A DNA stretch of 64,000 nucleotides from Candidatus Saccharimonadota bacterium (GCA_905373795.1 CAJPUO010000002.1:92882-156881); one strand, 5' to 3'. Positions 1-11,129 are shown, counted from the first letter of the stretch. Numbers and translations are program-made. The notes: a model not told the origin generated them from the sequence alone.

Positions 1-1119
1 AAACCAGCGGCATCGACAGTGTCGGTCTCGTCCGTATCAACGGCGCCAGCAGTGCCGTCCGCTCCACCGTCAAGCTCATCTGGCTCTACGGTATCGTCTT
101 CTGTTTCGCCTAGTGGTCATACGCCAGCAGTTACGCCGGCCGTATCTTCGCCGCCAGCTACACCTCCTGAGAGTGATACTGTTCATGTATCGCCAATGAT
201 AGCTAAGCGTCCGCATGGTCGTTTTATGGATGTCGTTCATCCGTCGTCTAAGTCTAAAATAGTACAGCAGCGAAAAATGACTCCAAATGCATCCACATCG
301 GGATTGGGCGGCCAGTCTGGAGCTGATTCGGCGAATAAGGACGATAGCGCCAATTTGGCGGATAAGGGTATCCGCCGCTCGTCCATGATAGGAGGGGGTA
401 ATAGCCTTAATAATATCCATTTAAACGAGAACAACAGCAGTGTTGATGCGCCGACGTCCGCTAATCCTGAAAAGTCTTTACTAAGCTCAGCGAAAAAACG
501 CGTCGTGTTGCCGCAAAACCCAGAGAATAAAACAAACGATTCGTCTGATATAGCAACGCCAGTTCAGAATAAAAGCGAAAGTACTGCTCCAGTATCGCCT
601 TTTATCTCTAACGTTGAGGTTGAGAAAAGACCGCTAGGTACGCCAGCCGCCGCTACTGATGATGCAAATGACGGAGGCGCTGCAACAGCAAAAAATGATG
701 ACCATAAAAAATCTTTAGCAAATTATACGCCTAGTAAGTTGGATGTTTCAGAGGATGATCCGGACGATGAAGTTGAGCCGGGCGGTGATGTCGGGTTGCC
801 GCCAGAATTTAGCGCGGATGTTATGGCGGCCGAGGAGGCTGATGTTTCTAGCCTTGATGCTGCCGTTGATGATATTAAGGCAGCCGAGCAGAGAGCTTCT
901 AAAAAACCAAGTGATAACGACGATGTTTCGCCGCGTCATTCGCCGAAAAAAGATTCAACTGAACCTAAGCCTATGTTCGATGCAGCAAGCCGTACGTCAA
1001 AAAATTTTGACCCTAAAGAAGAAAGCAAATCTGGCTGGCTGACGATTCTACTAATTCTGTTATTTTTGGCAATTGGCGTGGCTGGCGGCGCGGCAGCATA
1101 CTTTTTGCTGATAAAATAG
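1..1119 (+). CDS. Low-complexity Ser/Pro/Asp-rich protein with C-terminal membrane anchor (5' end probably upstream of window)
   Basis: Frame is open from base 1; disordered composition; ends in hydrophobic helix WLTILLILLFLAIGVAGGAAAYFLLIK. Confidence 0.7.
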   Translation, partial: KPAASTVSVSSVSTAPAVPSAPPSSSSGSTVSSSVSPSGHTPAVTPAVSSPPATPPESDTVHVSPMIAKRPHGRFMDVVHPSSKSKIVQQRKMTPNASTSGLGGQSGADSANKDDSANLADKGIRRSSMIGGGNSLNNIHLNENNSSVDAPTSANPEKSLLSSAKKRVVLPQNPENKTNDSSDIATPVQNKSESTAPVSPFISNVEVEKRPLGTPAAATDDANDGGAATAKNDDHKKSLANYTPSKLDVSEDDPDDEVEPGGDVGLPPEFSADVMAAEEADVSSLDAAVDDIKAAEQRASKKPSDNDDVSPRHSPKKDSTEPKPMFDAASRTSKNFDPKEESKSGWLTILLILLFLAIGVAGGAAAYFLLIK

Positions 1120-1123
1120 ATAC

Positions 1124-3226
1124 ATGGATAATTTTACGGATGGTTTGAACGATGAGCAAGCTCGGGCGGTGACGCATGGCGACGGGCCGCTATTGATTTT
1201 GGCGGGTGCTGGCTCTGGAAAAACAAAGACGCTAACGCATAGGATTGCTTATTTGATTGGCGAGTTGAAAGTTTTTCCTAGCCGAATTTTAGCAGTAACA
1301 TTTACTAACAAAGCCGCCAAGGAAATGCGGCAGCGATTGGCGAAATTGCTGGATGAAGACGCTAATAATCGTCAATTTATGCCGTGGATGGGGACATTTC
1401 ATAGTATTTGCGTACGGATATTAAGGATGGACGGCGCACATATTGGGCTGGACAAGCGGTTTTTAATCTACGACACTGACGATCAAGTAAGCCTGATGAA
1501 GCAGATTATGAAAGCGCGCGGTCTGACGGATAAAGATATTAAGCCGCGGGCGGTGCTTTCGGTTATTTCAAACGCTAAAAATGAAATGCGCAGTGCGGAA
1601 GATTTTTCAATGTCAACGCGCGGCCCTCGGGAGCAGAAAATTGCTGAATTGTTCTTTGCCTATGAAAAAGCTTTGAAAGAAGCGGCGGCGCTCGACTTCG
1701 ATGATTTATTAACTAAAACCGTGGAATTATTACAGAATAATCCAGAGATTCGCCAGAAATGGCAGCGCCAGTTTGAGTATATTCTAATTGATGAGTATCA
1801 GGATACAAATGCTGTGCAGTACGCGCTAATCAAATTATTAGTTAACGAATGGCGTAACCTATGCGTGGTTGGCGATGATGCTCAGTCGATTTATAGTTTT
1901 CGCGGCGCTGATTATACTAATATTCTTAATTTCGAGCGCGATTTTCCGGGGACAACCGTAGTCAAACTGGAGCAAAATTATCGTTCAACGGGCGCGATTT
2001 TAGATTTAGCAAATTCACTCATCCAACATAATATTCATCGGACAGATAAGAATTTATGGACGGCAAATGGTGATGGCATTGATCCGAAATTATGGCAATT
2101 ATATAGCGAGTCGGAAGAGGCGCTGGCGATCGCTAATGAGATTCAGGCGCAAATTGCCAATGGCCGCCAGTACGGCGACGTGGCAGTGTTATATCGGACG
2201 AATGCGCAGAGTTATGCGATCGAGCGGGCGCTCAGGCAGAGCTATATTCCGTATAAAATTGTCGGCGGCCTAAGATTTTTAGATCGAGCGGTTGTTAAGG
2301 ATGTGCTGGCGTATCTTCGATTGTTGTATCAGCCGAGCGATCGGGTTAGTTTTTTAAGGATTGTCAATGTTCCAAAGCGCGGTATCGGTACAGTGAGCGT
2401 GGCTAAATTTTTGGACTGGAATGATGCGGCGCGGCGGGATATTGTCAGCGGCTTGCTGGCGGTCGAAGAGGCCGATAATTTGACGGCGCGAGCGAAACGG
2501 CCTTTATTGGAGCTAGGCAAAATTCTGGAGGAATTACAGCAGGAGATTGACGGTTCGCCAGCAGAATTAATTGAAAAAATTATAAAAAGAACTGGCTATG
2601 GGGATTTTATCAATGATGGCACGCCTCAAGCTGAGGAGCGGATGGAAAATATTGGCGTTCTAATAGCGGAGGCGAAGGCTTATGTTGATGTGGCGACTTT
2701 CCTGGAAGAAATGGCGCTGATGTCTTCGGCGGACACGGCGGCGGAGCAACAGGTGACGCTTATGACGCTGCACGCGGCTAAGGGCCTGGAATTTCCGGTA
2801 GTATTTTTGGCGGGTCTGGAAGAGGGAATTTTACCGCACGCGCGAGTGTTTGACAGCGGTAAGGCTGACGACATTGAGGAAGAACGCCGGCTGTGTTATG
2901 TCGGCGTGACGCGCGCACGAGAAGAACTGTTTGTTAGTTGCGCCAGTTCCCGGACACAGTTTGGGCAAATTGGCTATAATATGCCGTCGCGGTTTTTAGA
3001 CGAGATGGGGTTGATGGTTGGCGGAATTGATAGGCCAGCTCAGCCGCCAGCAGAAGCCGATTTCTACTCAGAAGAAATTGGACTGGAAGTAGGGGATAGG
3101 GTGCGCAGTCCGAGCTTTGGCGCGGGTGAAATTATTGACAGCGAGGGCTTGGGCGTGACTGTTAAATTTGACAACGGAACAGTTAAAAAATTAAACGTTG
3201 AATTTGCACGTTTGGAGAAAATTTGA
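1124..3226 (+). CDS. pcrA: ATP-dependent DNA helicase PcrA/UvrD
   Basis: LAGAGSGKT, TFTNKAA, DEYQD, VGDDAQSIYSFRGA, EQNYRST, TLHAAKGLEF and EERRLCYV motifs; C-terminal Tudor-like domain. Confidence 0.97.
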   Translation: MDNFTDGLNDEQARAVTHGDGPLLILAGAGSGKTKTLTHRIAYLIGELKVFPSRILAVTFTNKAAKEMRQRLAKLLDEDANNRQFMPWMGTFHSICVRILRMDGAHIGLDKRFLIYDTDDQVSLMKQIMKARGLTDKDIKPRAVLSVISNAKNEMRSAEDFSMSTRGPREQKIAELFFAYEKALKEAAALDFDDLLTKTVELLQNNPEIRQKWQRQFEYILIDEYQDTNAVQYALIKLLVNEWRNLCVVGDDAQSIYSFRGADYTNILNFERDFPGTTVVKLEQNYRSTGAILDLANSLIQHNIHRTDKNLWTANGDGIDPKLWQLYSESEEALAIANEIQAQIANGRQYGDVAVLYRTNAQSYAIERALRQSYIPYKIVGGLRFLDRAVVKDVLAYLRLLYQPSDRVSFLRIVNVPKRGIGTVSVAKFLDWNDAARRDIVSGLLAVEEADNLTARAKRPLLELGKILEELQQEIDGSPAELIEKIIKRTGYGDFINDGTPQAEERMENIGVLIAEAKAYVDVATFLEEMALMSSADTAAEQQVTLMTLHAAKGLEFPVVFLAGLEEGILPHARVFDSGKADDIEEERRLCYVGVTRAREELFVSCASSRTQFGQIGYNMPSRFLDEMGLMVGGIDRPAQPPAEADFYSEEIGLEVGDRVRSPSFGAGEIIDSEGLGVTVKFDNGTVKKLNVEFARLEKI

Positions 3227-3260
3227 TATAATAAGAAGGATTGTACGTTCGTGCAGTGTT

Positions 3261-4427
3261 ATGAGTATCGCATCGCTAATAAAACGTCATTATAGAAGCG
3301 CCGCTGTTCTGCTGGGTGTATTTGCGGTTATGTTTGGTAGTTTGCTTTTCGTTAATCAAGCGCTCGCTAATAGTGATAATCCGGTGGTCAAAGCTGGTGA
3401 AAGGCTTGTTAATATTTATGATCGCGGCGCTGGGCGGACGATTATTACGAAGGCTAGGACTATCCGCGAGACGCTAAAGGCAGCCAACATTAAGGTAGAT
3501 GAAAAACAGGACGTAGTAGAGCCGAGCCTTGATACGGACATGGCTGCTGAAAAGTATAATATTAATATCTATCGCGCCCGGCCAATTACGATTGTTGATA
3601 ACGGTAAGCGCTTGAAAGTAACGACTGCACAGCAAACGCCGGCTTTGATTGCTAAGGCGGCGGGTTTGAAAGTATACCCTGAAGATAAAACTGTGCTTAA
3701 TAAGACGGATAATTTGCTGGTTGACGGTGCGGGTTTGGCGATGAAAGTTGAACGGGCAAAGGCGGTGAATTTTGTCTTGTACGGCAAGGAATCTATTATC
3801 AGAACGCATGCGAAGACAGTTGGCGATTTGCTGAAAGAAAAGAATATTAAACCTGGCAGGAATGACACGCTGTCTGTAAATGCGCTGACGGCTATCTCTG
3901 AGGGTATGAAAATTGAGCTATGGCGAAACGGCAAGCAAACCGTTACCGTTGAGGAAGAAGTCAATTTTGAGACTGAAAAAATCCAAGATGCCAATAAAGA
4001 TATTGGACATAAGGAGATTAAGCAGGCTGGCGAGAAAGGTAAGCGTAATGCGACATATGAGATTGAAATGAAAAATGGCATTGAAATAAGCCGCAAGGAA
4101 GTCGCCAGCGTTACAACGAAAGAGCCTAAAAAACAGATTGAAATTGTAGGCGCGAAGAGCTCAAATACTTTTTCTGGTAGTTTTGCTGAGGCTTTAGCTC
4201 GATTGAGGAGCTGCGAGGGCAGTTATACGTCTAATACAGGCAATGGTTACTATGGCGCTTATCAGTTTAATAGAGGCACGTGGGCGTCGGTTGCCGATCC
4301 GAGCAAGTACGGTAATGCCACGCCGGCTGAACAAGATGAAGCCGCTTGGAAATTATACCAAAGGCGCGGTTGGAGCCCGTGGCCAGCATGCAGCAGAAGC
4401 AAGGGTTTGCAGGATATCTATAGATAG
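3261..4427 (+). CDS. RpfB-like protein: DUF348 repeats + G5 + Rpf/transglycosylase domain
   Basis: N-terminal TM/signal; DUF348-like repeats; G5 (GEKGKRNATYEI...KQIEIVG); C-terminal LRSCEG...NTGNGYYGAYQF...TW...WSPWPAC. Start moved to ATG 3261 to avoid overlap with pcrA. Confidence 0.85.
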   Translation: MSIASLIKRHYRSAAVLLGVFAVMFGSLLFVNQALANSDNPVVKAGERLVNIYDRGAGRTIITKARTIRETLKAANIKVDEKQDVVEPSLDTDMAAEKYNINIYRARPITIVDNGKRLKVTTAQQTPALIAKAAGLKVYPEDKTVLNKTDNLLVDGAGLAMKVERAKAVNFVLYGKESIIRTHAKTVGDLLKEKNIKPGRNDTLSVNALTAISEGMKIELWRNGKQTVTVEEEVNFETEKIQDANKDIGHKEIKQAGEKGKRNATYEIEMKNGIEISRKEVASVTTKEPKKQIEIVGAKSSNTFSGSFAEALARLRSCEGSYTSNTGNGYYGAYQFNRGTWASVADPSKYGNATPAEQDEAAWKLYQRRGWSPWPACSRSKGLQDIYR

Positions 4428-4460
4428 ATAATCAGCGCTGGTCGGTGATACAATAATAAA

Positions 4461-6431
4461 GTGAATAAATTTGCTTTAAAATCAAAGTACCAGCCGACCG
4501 GCGACCAGCCGACGGCGATTGCTCAGTTGATGGATGGTTTGGAGCGGGGCGAGCGCGAGCAGACTCTATTGGGCGTGACGGGGTCGGGCAAGACGTTTAC
4601 TATGGCGAATATCATCGCTCGAGCTAATGTGCCGACGCTAGTGCTGGCGCACAACAAGACCTTGGCAGCGCAGCTATTTTCTGAGTTTAAGGAGTTTTTT
4701 CCAGATAATGAGGTGCATTATTTTGTCAGTTATTTTGATTATTATCAGCCGGAGGCCTACATTGCTAGTAGCGACACCTACATCGAGAAGGATTCGAAGA
4801 TTAATGATGAGATCGATCGGTTGCGGCACGCCGCAACGTCGGCATTGTTGACGCGGCGCGACGTTATTATCGTGGCGAGCGTGTCTTGTATTTACGGTAT
4901 CGGTTCGCCGGAAACGTACGCCGATATGGCCATTCAATTGACGGTCGGCGAGCGGCGGGTTCAGGACAAGTTTATTCGCTTGCTGACCGACATTCAGTAT
5001 AAGCGCAATGATGTTGATTTCGCGCGCGGGACTTTCAGGGTGCGTGGCGATGTGGTAGATATTTTCCCGGCCGGGCAGGACACGGCGGTGCGAGTGGAGT
5101 TTTTTGGCGATGAAATTGAGAGACTCACGCGAATTGATCCGCTGACTGGCGAGATTTTGGACCAGCCAAAGCAACTGACGATTTTCCCGTCCAGTCACTA
5201 TTCGACGCCGCGTGAACGAATTGAAAAGGCCATCGTTGGCATCGAAAAGGAGTTTGACGAGCGGCTAAAGTGGCTTGAATCGCACGACAAATTACTGGAG
5301 GCGCAGCGCCTAGCTCAGCGCACCAAATATGACCTGGAGATGCTCAGAGAAACTGGCTTTGTCAAAGGCATTGAGAATTATTCGCGCTATCTGACGGACC
5401 GCGAGCCGGGCGAGCAGCCAGCGACGTTGATTGATTATTTTCCGGATGATTGGCTGCTGCTGGTTGATGAGTCGCATATGACCTTGCCCCAAGTCCGCGG
5501 TATGTATAACGGCGACCGGGCGCGCAAGGAAGTGCTGGTGGAGCACGGGTTTCGTCTGCCGAGCGCGTTGGATAACCGTCCGCTCAGGTTTGATGAATTT
5601 GATCAGCATATTCACCAGGCGATTTATGTTTCCGCTACACCGGGCGACTATGAAATTGCTCATTCGCCAAAGCCGGCTGAACAGTTGATTCGGCCGACGG
5701 GGCTGCTTGATCCGCCGATTGAGGTGCGGCCGACTGAGGGGCAGGTTGATGATTTGATGGAGGAGATTCGCCAGACCATCGCCAACGGTCACCGCGTATT
5801 GGTGACTACCTTGACCAAGCGTATGGCTGAGGATTTGAGTGCTTATCTGGCTGACAATGGCGTAAAAACGGCGTATCTATATAGTGAAATTGACACATTA
5901 GAGCGCGGCGATATTCTCAAAGATTTGCGGCTGGGGACGTACGACGTCTTGGTTGGTATTAATTTACTGCGTGAGGGGTTGGACCTGCCGGAAGTTAGCC
6001 TGGTGGCGATTATGGATGCTGATAAAGAAGGGTTTCTGCGTAGTGAGCAGGCGCTGATTCAGACGATTGGCCGGGCGGCGCGGCACGTGGATGGGCGGGT
6101 GCTGATGTATGGCGATACAATTACTGGGTCGATGCGGGCGGCGATTGACGAGACGAATCGTCGGCGGCAGATTCAGCAGAGCTATAACGAGGGGCACGAC
6201 ATCACGCCGCAAACCATCCAGAAGAAAATTGACGATGGCCTGCGCTCTATCATCCCGCAAAAAGAATCAGACAAAAAGCCAAAACTTGATTTGAAGAAGA
6301 TTCCAAAGGACGAATATCCGACGCTAATTAAGGAGTTGACTGGTCAAATGGAGCTGCATAGCGCCAACCTAGAATTTGAAAAAGCTGCCCAGCTGCGCGA
6401 TTTGATTGCAGAAATTCGCCAGACCATGTAG
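4461..6431 (+). CDS. uvrB: Excinuclease ABC subunit B
   Basis: [37 protein letters not shown] and UVR domain. Confidence 0.98.
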   Translation: MNKFALKSKYQPTGDQPTAIAQLMDGLERGEREQTLLGVTGSGKTFTMANIIARANVPTLVLAHNKTLAAQLFSEFKEFFPDNEVHYFVSYFDYYQPEAYIASSDTYIEKDSKINDEIDRLRHAATSALLTRRDVIIVASVSCIYGIGSPETYADMAIQLTVGERRVQDKFIRLLTDIQYKRNDVDFARGTFRVRGDVVDIFPAGQDTAVRVEFFGDEIERLTRIDPLTGEILDQPKQLTIFPSSHYSTPRERIEKAIVGIEKEFDERLKWLESHDKLLEAQRLAQRTKYDLEMLRETGFVKGIENYSRYLTDREPGEQPATLIDYFPDDWLLLVDESHMTLPQVRGMYNGDRARKEVLVEHGFRLPSALDNRPLRFDEFDQHIHQAIYVSATPGDYEIAHSPKPAEQLIRPTGLLDPPIEVRPTEGQVDDLMEEIRQTIANGHRVLVTTLTKRMAEDLSAYLADNGVKTAYLYSEIDTLERGDILKDLRLGTYDVLVGINLLREGLDLPEVSLVAIMDADKEGFLRSEQALIQTIGRAARHVDGRVLMYGDTITGSMRAAIDETNRRRQIQQSYNEGHDITPQTIQKKIDDGLRSIIPQKESDKKPKLDLKKIPKDEYPTLIKELTGQMELHSANLEFEKAAQLRDLIAEIRQTM

Positions 6432-6461
6432 AATAGAATTATTATTAGATTAGGAGGTATT

Positions 6462-7283
6462 ATGGCAACTAAACAACAATCACAGCCAGAGAATAATGTC
6501 GCACAGCCAGAAGCGGCTGCACCTGCGATGCCAGCGGCAAATTATCAGGCATATCCGCAATATGCAGCATACGTTGATCCAAATAAGGGCAAGTCAAAGT
6601 TGTTGACATTTGAATACGCTTTTGCGATGGGTTCGGCTGTAGCAGCTGCTTTTTTACTTATTGACACAATAGTAAGCGTATTCGGGCTTTGGGCTGGTAC
6701 TGCGTCGGTAACCACTTCATTTGTGCGTGGGTATCTATCTCCAAGCATGGTAACGCCGGGTACGGGGATTGTGGCGGCGGCTGTATTAACACTGCTATTC
6801 TCAGTTTTATCGTTTGTGCTGTTTTCGCGAGTTTCTAGGACCGTGCCAGAGCGTGAGGGTTATACTAATCGTACAGCTTATAAATTAATAACTTACGGTG
6901 GTCTTGGCGCGTTGTTATTGCCAGCTGTTGGGCTGGTTGCGAAGTTGGCTAGTATTCTTGTCAACTCGCTTTTGTTCATTGGCGTTAGCGGTGCTGGTGA
7001 AATTTATAAGAGTTTGTATCTTGGCGAGTTCTTACCGTACTTACTAGCGCTGGCGGTTGTGTCAACTTCGGCGTTTTTCGTCCATAAAATTGTTCAAGGC
7101 AAGAATACTTCTAAGACTCTGACATTAGTATTGGTTGCAGCTTCAGCTGCTGTTCTGCTAGCTGGCGCTATCACTATGGCTGTAAAACTTCATGGCGGAG
7201 TAAGTTCAAGAAGCAGTGTAAACTCTGGTAGTTCTAATAGGTTGCGGCTACAGAAGAACTTTGAAAGTTACGTAAGCGACTAG
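6462..7283 (+). CDS. Multi-pass membrane protein, function unknown
   Basis: About five hydrophobic segments; strong SD AGGAGG upstream. Confidence 0.75.
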   Translation: MATKQQSQPENNVAQPEAAAPAMPAANYQAYPQYAAYVDPNKGKSKLLTFEYAFAMGSAVAAAFLLIDTIVSVFGLWAGTASVTTSFVRGYLSPSMVTPGTGIVAAAVLTLLFSVLSFVLFSRVSRTVPEREGYTNRTAYKLITYGGLGALLLPAVGLVAKLASILVNSLLFIGVSGAGEIYKSLYLGEFLPYLLALAVVSTSAFFVHKIVQGKNTSKTLTLVLVAASAAVLLAGAITMAVKLHGGVSSRSSVNSGSSNRLRLQKNFESYVSD

Positions 7284-7510
7284 ACTTCCAAAAGTAAGTT
7301 TATTGTGAGTGATGGTTTATACGATAGTATAGAGGGTTTGGATATCTTGACTGTTGAGTAATATAAGAGTCTGTTCAAATGGTTATAAATACTGCCTAGC
7401 AGCACAATAGGCTGCTATCTGAAGGACATTAAGTTCGCAGATGGTCTCGTTTGTATACCCCTCGCTTTATTCAGTACTAAGTTGGCTTCCAAAGTGATAT
7501 AATAATCTAT

Positions 7511-7798
7511 ATGACAACTATTTCTACCAGTGATATTCAGCACCTGGCGAGTTTGAGTAGTCTGGCATTAGCCGATGATGAAGTTGATGGACTGCGCCAA
7601 GATTTGGAAAATATAATTGGCTATATTGAGCAGCTCGGCGAGCTTGATACGGCGGGTGTGGAGCCAACTTATCAAGTGACGGGACTAGAGAATGTCTGGC
7701 GCGAAGATGAGGTTCGGTCGGGTATTCCTGCAGAAAAGTTGCTTGAGATGGCGCCTGAGAAACAGAATAATCAAGTGAAAGTGCCGCAGGTATTGTAA
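7511..7798 (+). CDS. gatC: Asp/Glu-tRNA amidotransferase subunit C
   Basis: HLASLS...IIGYIEQLGELDT.GVEPT...VKVPQVL; first gene of the gat cluster. Confidence 0.93.
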   Translation: MTTISTSDIQHLASLSSLALADDEVDGLRQDLENIIGYIEQLGELDTAGVEPTYQVTGLENVWREDEVRSGIPAEKLLEMAPEKQNNQVKVPQVL

Positions 7799-9168
7799 TG
7801 AGTCGGATTAGTGATTTTACCGGAAAGAGCGCAGTCGAAAATGTTAAAGAAGCACTGCGGCGAGCGCGCGAAGTTGAAGATTATCACGCATTGTTGAGTT
7901 TAACGGAAGAACGGGCGCTGGAGCGAGCAGCCAAGGTTGATCAGGGTGAAATTTCTGGGCGGCTGACTGGCGTGCCGTTTGTGGTAAAAGATAATTTCTT
8001 GGCCTTTGGGGCGCCGACAACTGCTGCTTCAAAAATGCTCGAGAATTTTGAGGCGCCGCTCCAGGCAACAGCCGTTGAAAAATTAGAAGCTGAAGGTGCA
8101 ATTTGCATTGGCAAGGCGAACTTGGACGCCTTTGCTCACGGCGGTTCGACGGAAAATTCAGCCTTTGGTCCGACAAAAAACGCTGTAGATAAAGCGTGCG
8201 TAGCCGGCGGCTCGTCGGGCGGCTCGGCGGTGGTGACGGCGCTTGACGTGGTGCCATTTGCGCTGGGAACAGACACTGGCGGTTCGATTCGCCAGCCAGC
8301 CAGTTTTAACGGCGTGGTCGGCGTCAAACCAACCTACGGCGCAGTCAGCCGCTACGGCGTGGTGGCTATGGCCTCGAGCACGGACACGATTGGCTGTTTC
8401 GCGACGAATGCTGATGATGCTAATTTGGTGATGGAAATTATGGCGGGCCGCGACGATAAGGACATGACGACGCTGCCGGATTTTTGGCAGCATCAGCCGG
8501 GCTTTACCAAGAAGAAGATTGGCTTGGTCAAGCAATGTATGACTGACGATGTGGACGCGGCAGTTCGCCAAAAAACGCTTGATTATGCTGAAAAATTGAA
8601 GCAGCTGGGTTATGGAATTGAAGAAGTAGATCTGGACATGATGCAATATTCGCTGGCGATGTACTATATCATTGTGCCGGCAGAATTATCGTCAAATCTG
8701 GCGCGCTATGACGGCGTACGTTATGGTCACCGGGCGGCCGAAGTGAAAACGCTGGCGGAATTGTACGGCCGCAGCCGTAACGAAGGTTTTATGACGGAGA
8801 ATAAGCGGCGGATTATGATCGGTAGTTTCGTGTTGTCGAGCGGCTTTTTTGACGCCTATTATATGCAGGCGCAGAAAGCACGTACGCTGCTTATTAACGA
8901 GTTTAAGGAATTGTTTGCTGAGTACGACGCGCTATTAATGCCGACAGCACCAACGCCAGCGTTCAAACTTGGTGAAAATACCAATGATCCGATCAAAATG
9001 TACCTAGCGGATATTATGACCGTACCAGCCAGCCTGGCTGGACTACCAGCAATTTCCGTGCCGGCTGGAAGCAACGACGAGGGCTTGCCAATTGGTGTGC
9101 AGTTGATTGGTGATTATCAGTCGGACGGTAACTTGCTGAAGTTAGCGGCGGAAGTGGAGGCTGCCTGA
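7798..9168 (+). CDS. gatA: Asp/Glu-tRNA amidotransferase subunit A
   Basis: Amidase signature GGSSGGSA, GTDTGGSIRQPAS, SNLARYDGVRYG. Confidence 0.96.
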   Translation: MSRISDFTGKSAVENVKEALRRAREVEDYHALLSLTEERALERAAKVDQGEISGRLTGVPFVVKDNFLAFGAPTTAASKMLENFEAPLQATAVEKLEAEGAICIGKANLDAFAHGGSTENSAFGPTKNAVDKACVAGGSSGGSAVVTALDVVPFALGTDTGGSIRQPASFNGVVGVKPTYGAVSRYGVVAMASSTDTIGCFATNADDANLVMEIMAGRDDKDMTTLPDFWQHQPGFTKKKIGLVKQCMTDDVDAAVRQKTLDYAEKLKQLGYGIEEVDLDMMQYSLAMYYIIVPAELSSNLARYDGVRYGHRAAEVKTLAELYGRSRNEGFMTENKRRIMIGSFVLSSGFFDAYYMQAQKARTLLINEFKELFAEYDALLMPTAPTPAFKLGENTNDPIKMYLADIMTVPASLAGLPAISVPAGSNDEGLPIGVQLIGDYQSDGNLLKLAAEVEAA

Positions 9169-9587
9169 TGGACGGCTTGTTGATTGCGCTGGTAGTGGCG
9201 GCGTTGTTAATCGGCGGTTTGTTGATCGTTTTTATCCAATTGACATCGCGCGGACACAAGCAGCTTGACAGAGAAATGTATCAAAAAGTTTGGCGGGCAA
9301 TTCAGCGCGGCGCTAAGGCGGGTAACTCGGACAGCTTGCAGATGGCAATTGTCAAAGCCGACAAGCTGCTCGACAAAGCCATGCGCGACTGCGGCGTGGC
9401 GGGCGCGACAATGGGCGACAGGCTGAAAACCCGCAAGGGTGATTGGACGGATGAAAATGGTTTGTGGGCGGCGCACAAATTGCGCAATCAAATTGCTCAC
9501 GAGACTAAAGTGAAACTAACCGCGCAAAGTTTTCGGCGAGCTATGACGAGCTTTGAGCAAGCACTAAAAGATTTGGGAGCATTATAA
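9168..9587 (+). CDS. Membrane-anchored hypothetical protein with HEPN-like RxxxxH motif
   Basis: N-terminal TM; WAAHKLRNQIAHE; start and stop overlap gatA and gatB by 1 nt. Confidence 0.75.
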   Translation: MDGLLIALVVAALLIGGLLIVFIQLTSRGHKQLDREMYQKVWRAIQRGAKAGNSDSLQMAIVKADKLLDKAMRDCGVAGATMGDRLKTRKGDWTDENGLWAAHKLRNQIAHETKVKLTAQSFRRAMTSFEQALKDLGAL

Positions 9588-11086
9588 TGAGCGTATATGA
9601 TGAATATGAAATGACCATTGGCATCGAGTGCCATGTCCAGCTGGCAACCAAAACCAAGCTGTTTAGCCCGGCCGATAATGACGCGCGTAATGCTGAGCCG
9701 AACGAAAAAACGCATGAGATTGACTTTGGTCTGCCAGGTATGCTGCCGGTGCTGAATAAGCACGCTGTCGAGCTGGCGGTGCGCGCCGGTAAAGCGTTGA
9801 ACGCGCCGATTGCTCGCGTTAGCCGGTTTGATCGCAAGCATTATTTCTACCCTGACCTGCCAAAGGGTTATCAGACCTCGCAGATGTACCAGCCGATCAT
9901 TTTGGCTGGCTATGTCGATGCGCCGCTAGAAGACGGTTCGCTCAAACGGGTGCGGATTCACCACGCGCACATGGAAGAGGATGCCGGCAAGTTGACGCAC
10001 CACGACGGCTATTCGCTGGTTGACCTCAACCGCGCTGGTACGCCGCTGATCGAAATCGTCTCTGAGCCGGACATCCATTCTGCCGAGGAGGCTAAGACGT
10101 ACGCTTCGGAACTTCATAAGTTGATGGTCTACGCTGGCGTGACATACGGTGATTTGTATCACGGCAACATGCGGTTTGATGTTAATATTTCGGTGGCCAA
10201 GAAAGGTGCGACCGAGCTCGGCAAACGCGCGGAAGTGAAGAATCTTAATTCATTCCGCAGCGTCGAGCGTGCCGCTGAATACGAGTTTAAGCGTCAAGTT
10301 GACCTGCTAGAGCGCGGCGAACCGGTAGTGCAGGAAACTCGCGGTTGGAGCGATGACAAGCAAATTACTACTTCACAGCGCTCGAAAGAAGACGCTCAGG
10401 ACTATCGCTACATGCCCGATGCTGACATTCCGCCAGTGGTGCTGAGCGACGAGGAAATTGCTCGGATCCAGGCTGAAGTGCCAATGCTGCCGAACGAATA
10501 CCGAGAACGCTGGGTAGACTTGAAGCTGGATCATTCGGTAATTGATACGGTGCTAGCTCATCAGGAAGCTGCCAAAACTCTGGACGCCATTTACTCCCTG
10601 ACTGATAGCAACGAGCAATCAGTGCTGGAGGATTTGAATGTTGATCGCCAGACTTACGACCGGCTAGCTAAACGAAGTTTCAACTTATTTGCTTCCACGC
10701 CGGACGAACAATTAGACTATCAAAAAGTCGAGTCTGGATTAGTCGGTCCGCGCCGCTTAACACACTTGGCGCTACTGGCTGAAAAAGGGACGATTAGCTC
10801 GAACAGTGCCAAGGAAATCTTTCTCGATTTATTCAATGAAAAGTACGCTGGCGTTATGCCGGAGGATATCGCCAAGGAGAAAAACTTGCTACAGGTGTCT
10901 GACGAAGGCGCCATCGCTGCCATCGTTGATGAGGTGCTCAGCGACCCGGCCTCAGCAGCTTCCATTGCTGACATTAAAGCTGGCAAGGATAAAGCTATCG
11001 GCTACCTAGTCGGTCAAGTCATGAAGCGTTCCAAAGGACAGGCCAATCCGAGCCTCGCTCAGAAATTAATCCGCGAAAAATTATAA
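9587..11086 (+). CDS. gatB: Asp/Glu-tRNA amidotransferase subunit B
   Basis: IGIECHVQL, FDRKHYFYPDLPKGYQ, HMEEDAGK, DLNRAGTPLIEIV and Yqey-like C-terminus. Confidence 0.97.
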   Translation: MSVYDEYEMTIGIECHVQLATKTKLFSPADNDARNAEPNEKTHEIDFGLPGMLPVLNKHAVELAVRAGKALNAPIARVSRFDRKHYFYPDLPKGYQTSQMYQPIILAGYVDAPLEDGSLKRVRIHHAHMEEDAGKLTHHDGYSLVDLNRAGTPLIEIVSEPDIHSAEEAKTYASELHKLMVYAGVTYGDLYHGNMRFDVNISVAKKGATELGKRAEVKNLNSFRSVERAAEYEFKRQVDLLERGEPVVQETRGWSDDKQITTSQRSKEDAQDYRYMPDADIPPVVLSDEEIARIQAEVPMLPNEYRERWVDLKLDHSVIDTVLAHQEAAKTLDAIYSLTDSNEQSVLEDLNVDRQTYDRLAKRSFNLFASTPDEQLDYQKVESGLVGPRRLTHLALLAEKGTISSNSAKEIFLDLFNEKYAGVMPEDIAKEKNLLQVSDEGAIAAIVDEVLSDPASAASIADIKAGKDKAIGYLVGQVMKRSKGQANPSLAQKLIREKL

Positions 11087-11129
11087 AGTTCGACACTTCA
11101 GAAATGGTATAGAGGAGGAGTTTAATATA

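Noticed and set aside
7284..7497. Intergenic region with a tagcagc/gctgcta hairpin as an ncRNA or T-box before gatC
   Set aside because: No T-box or other recognisable consensus; gatC has its own leaderless promoter downstream
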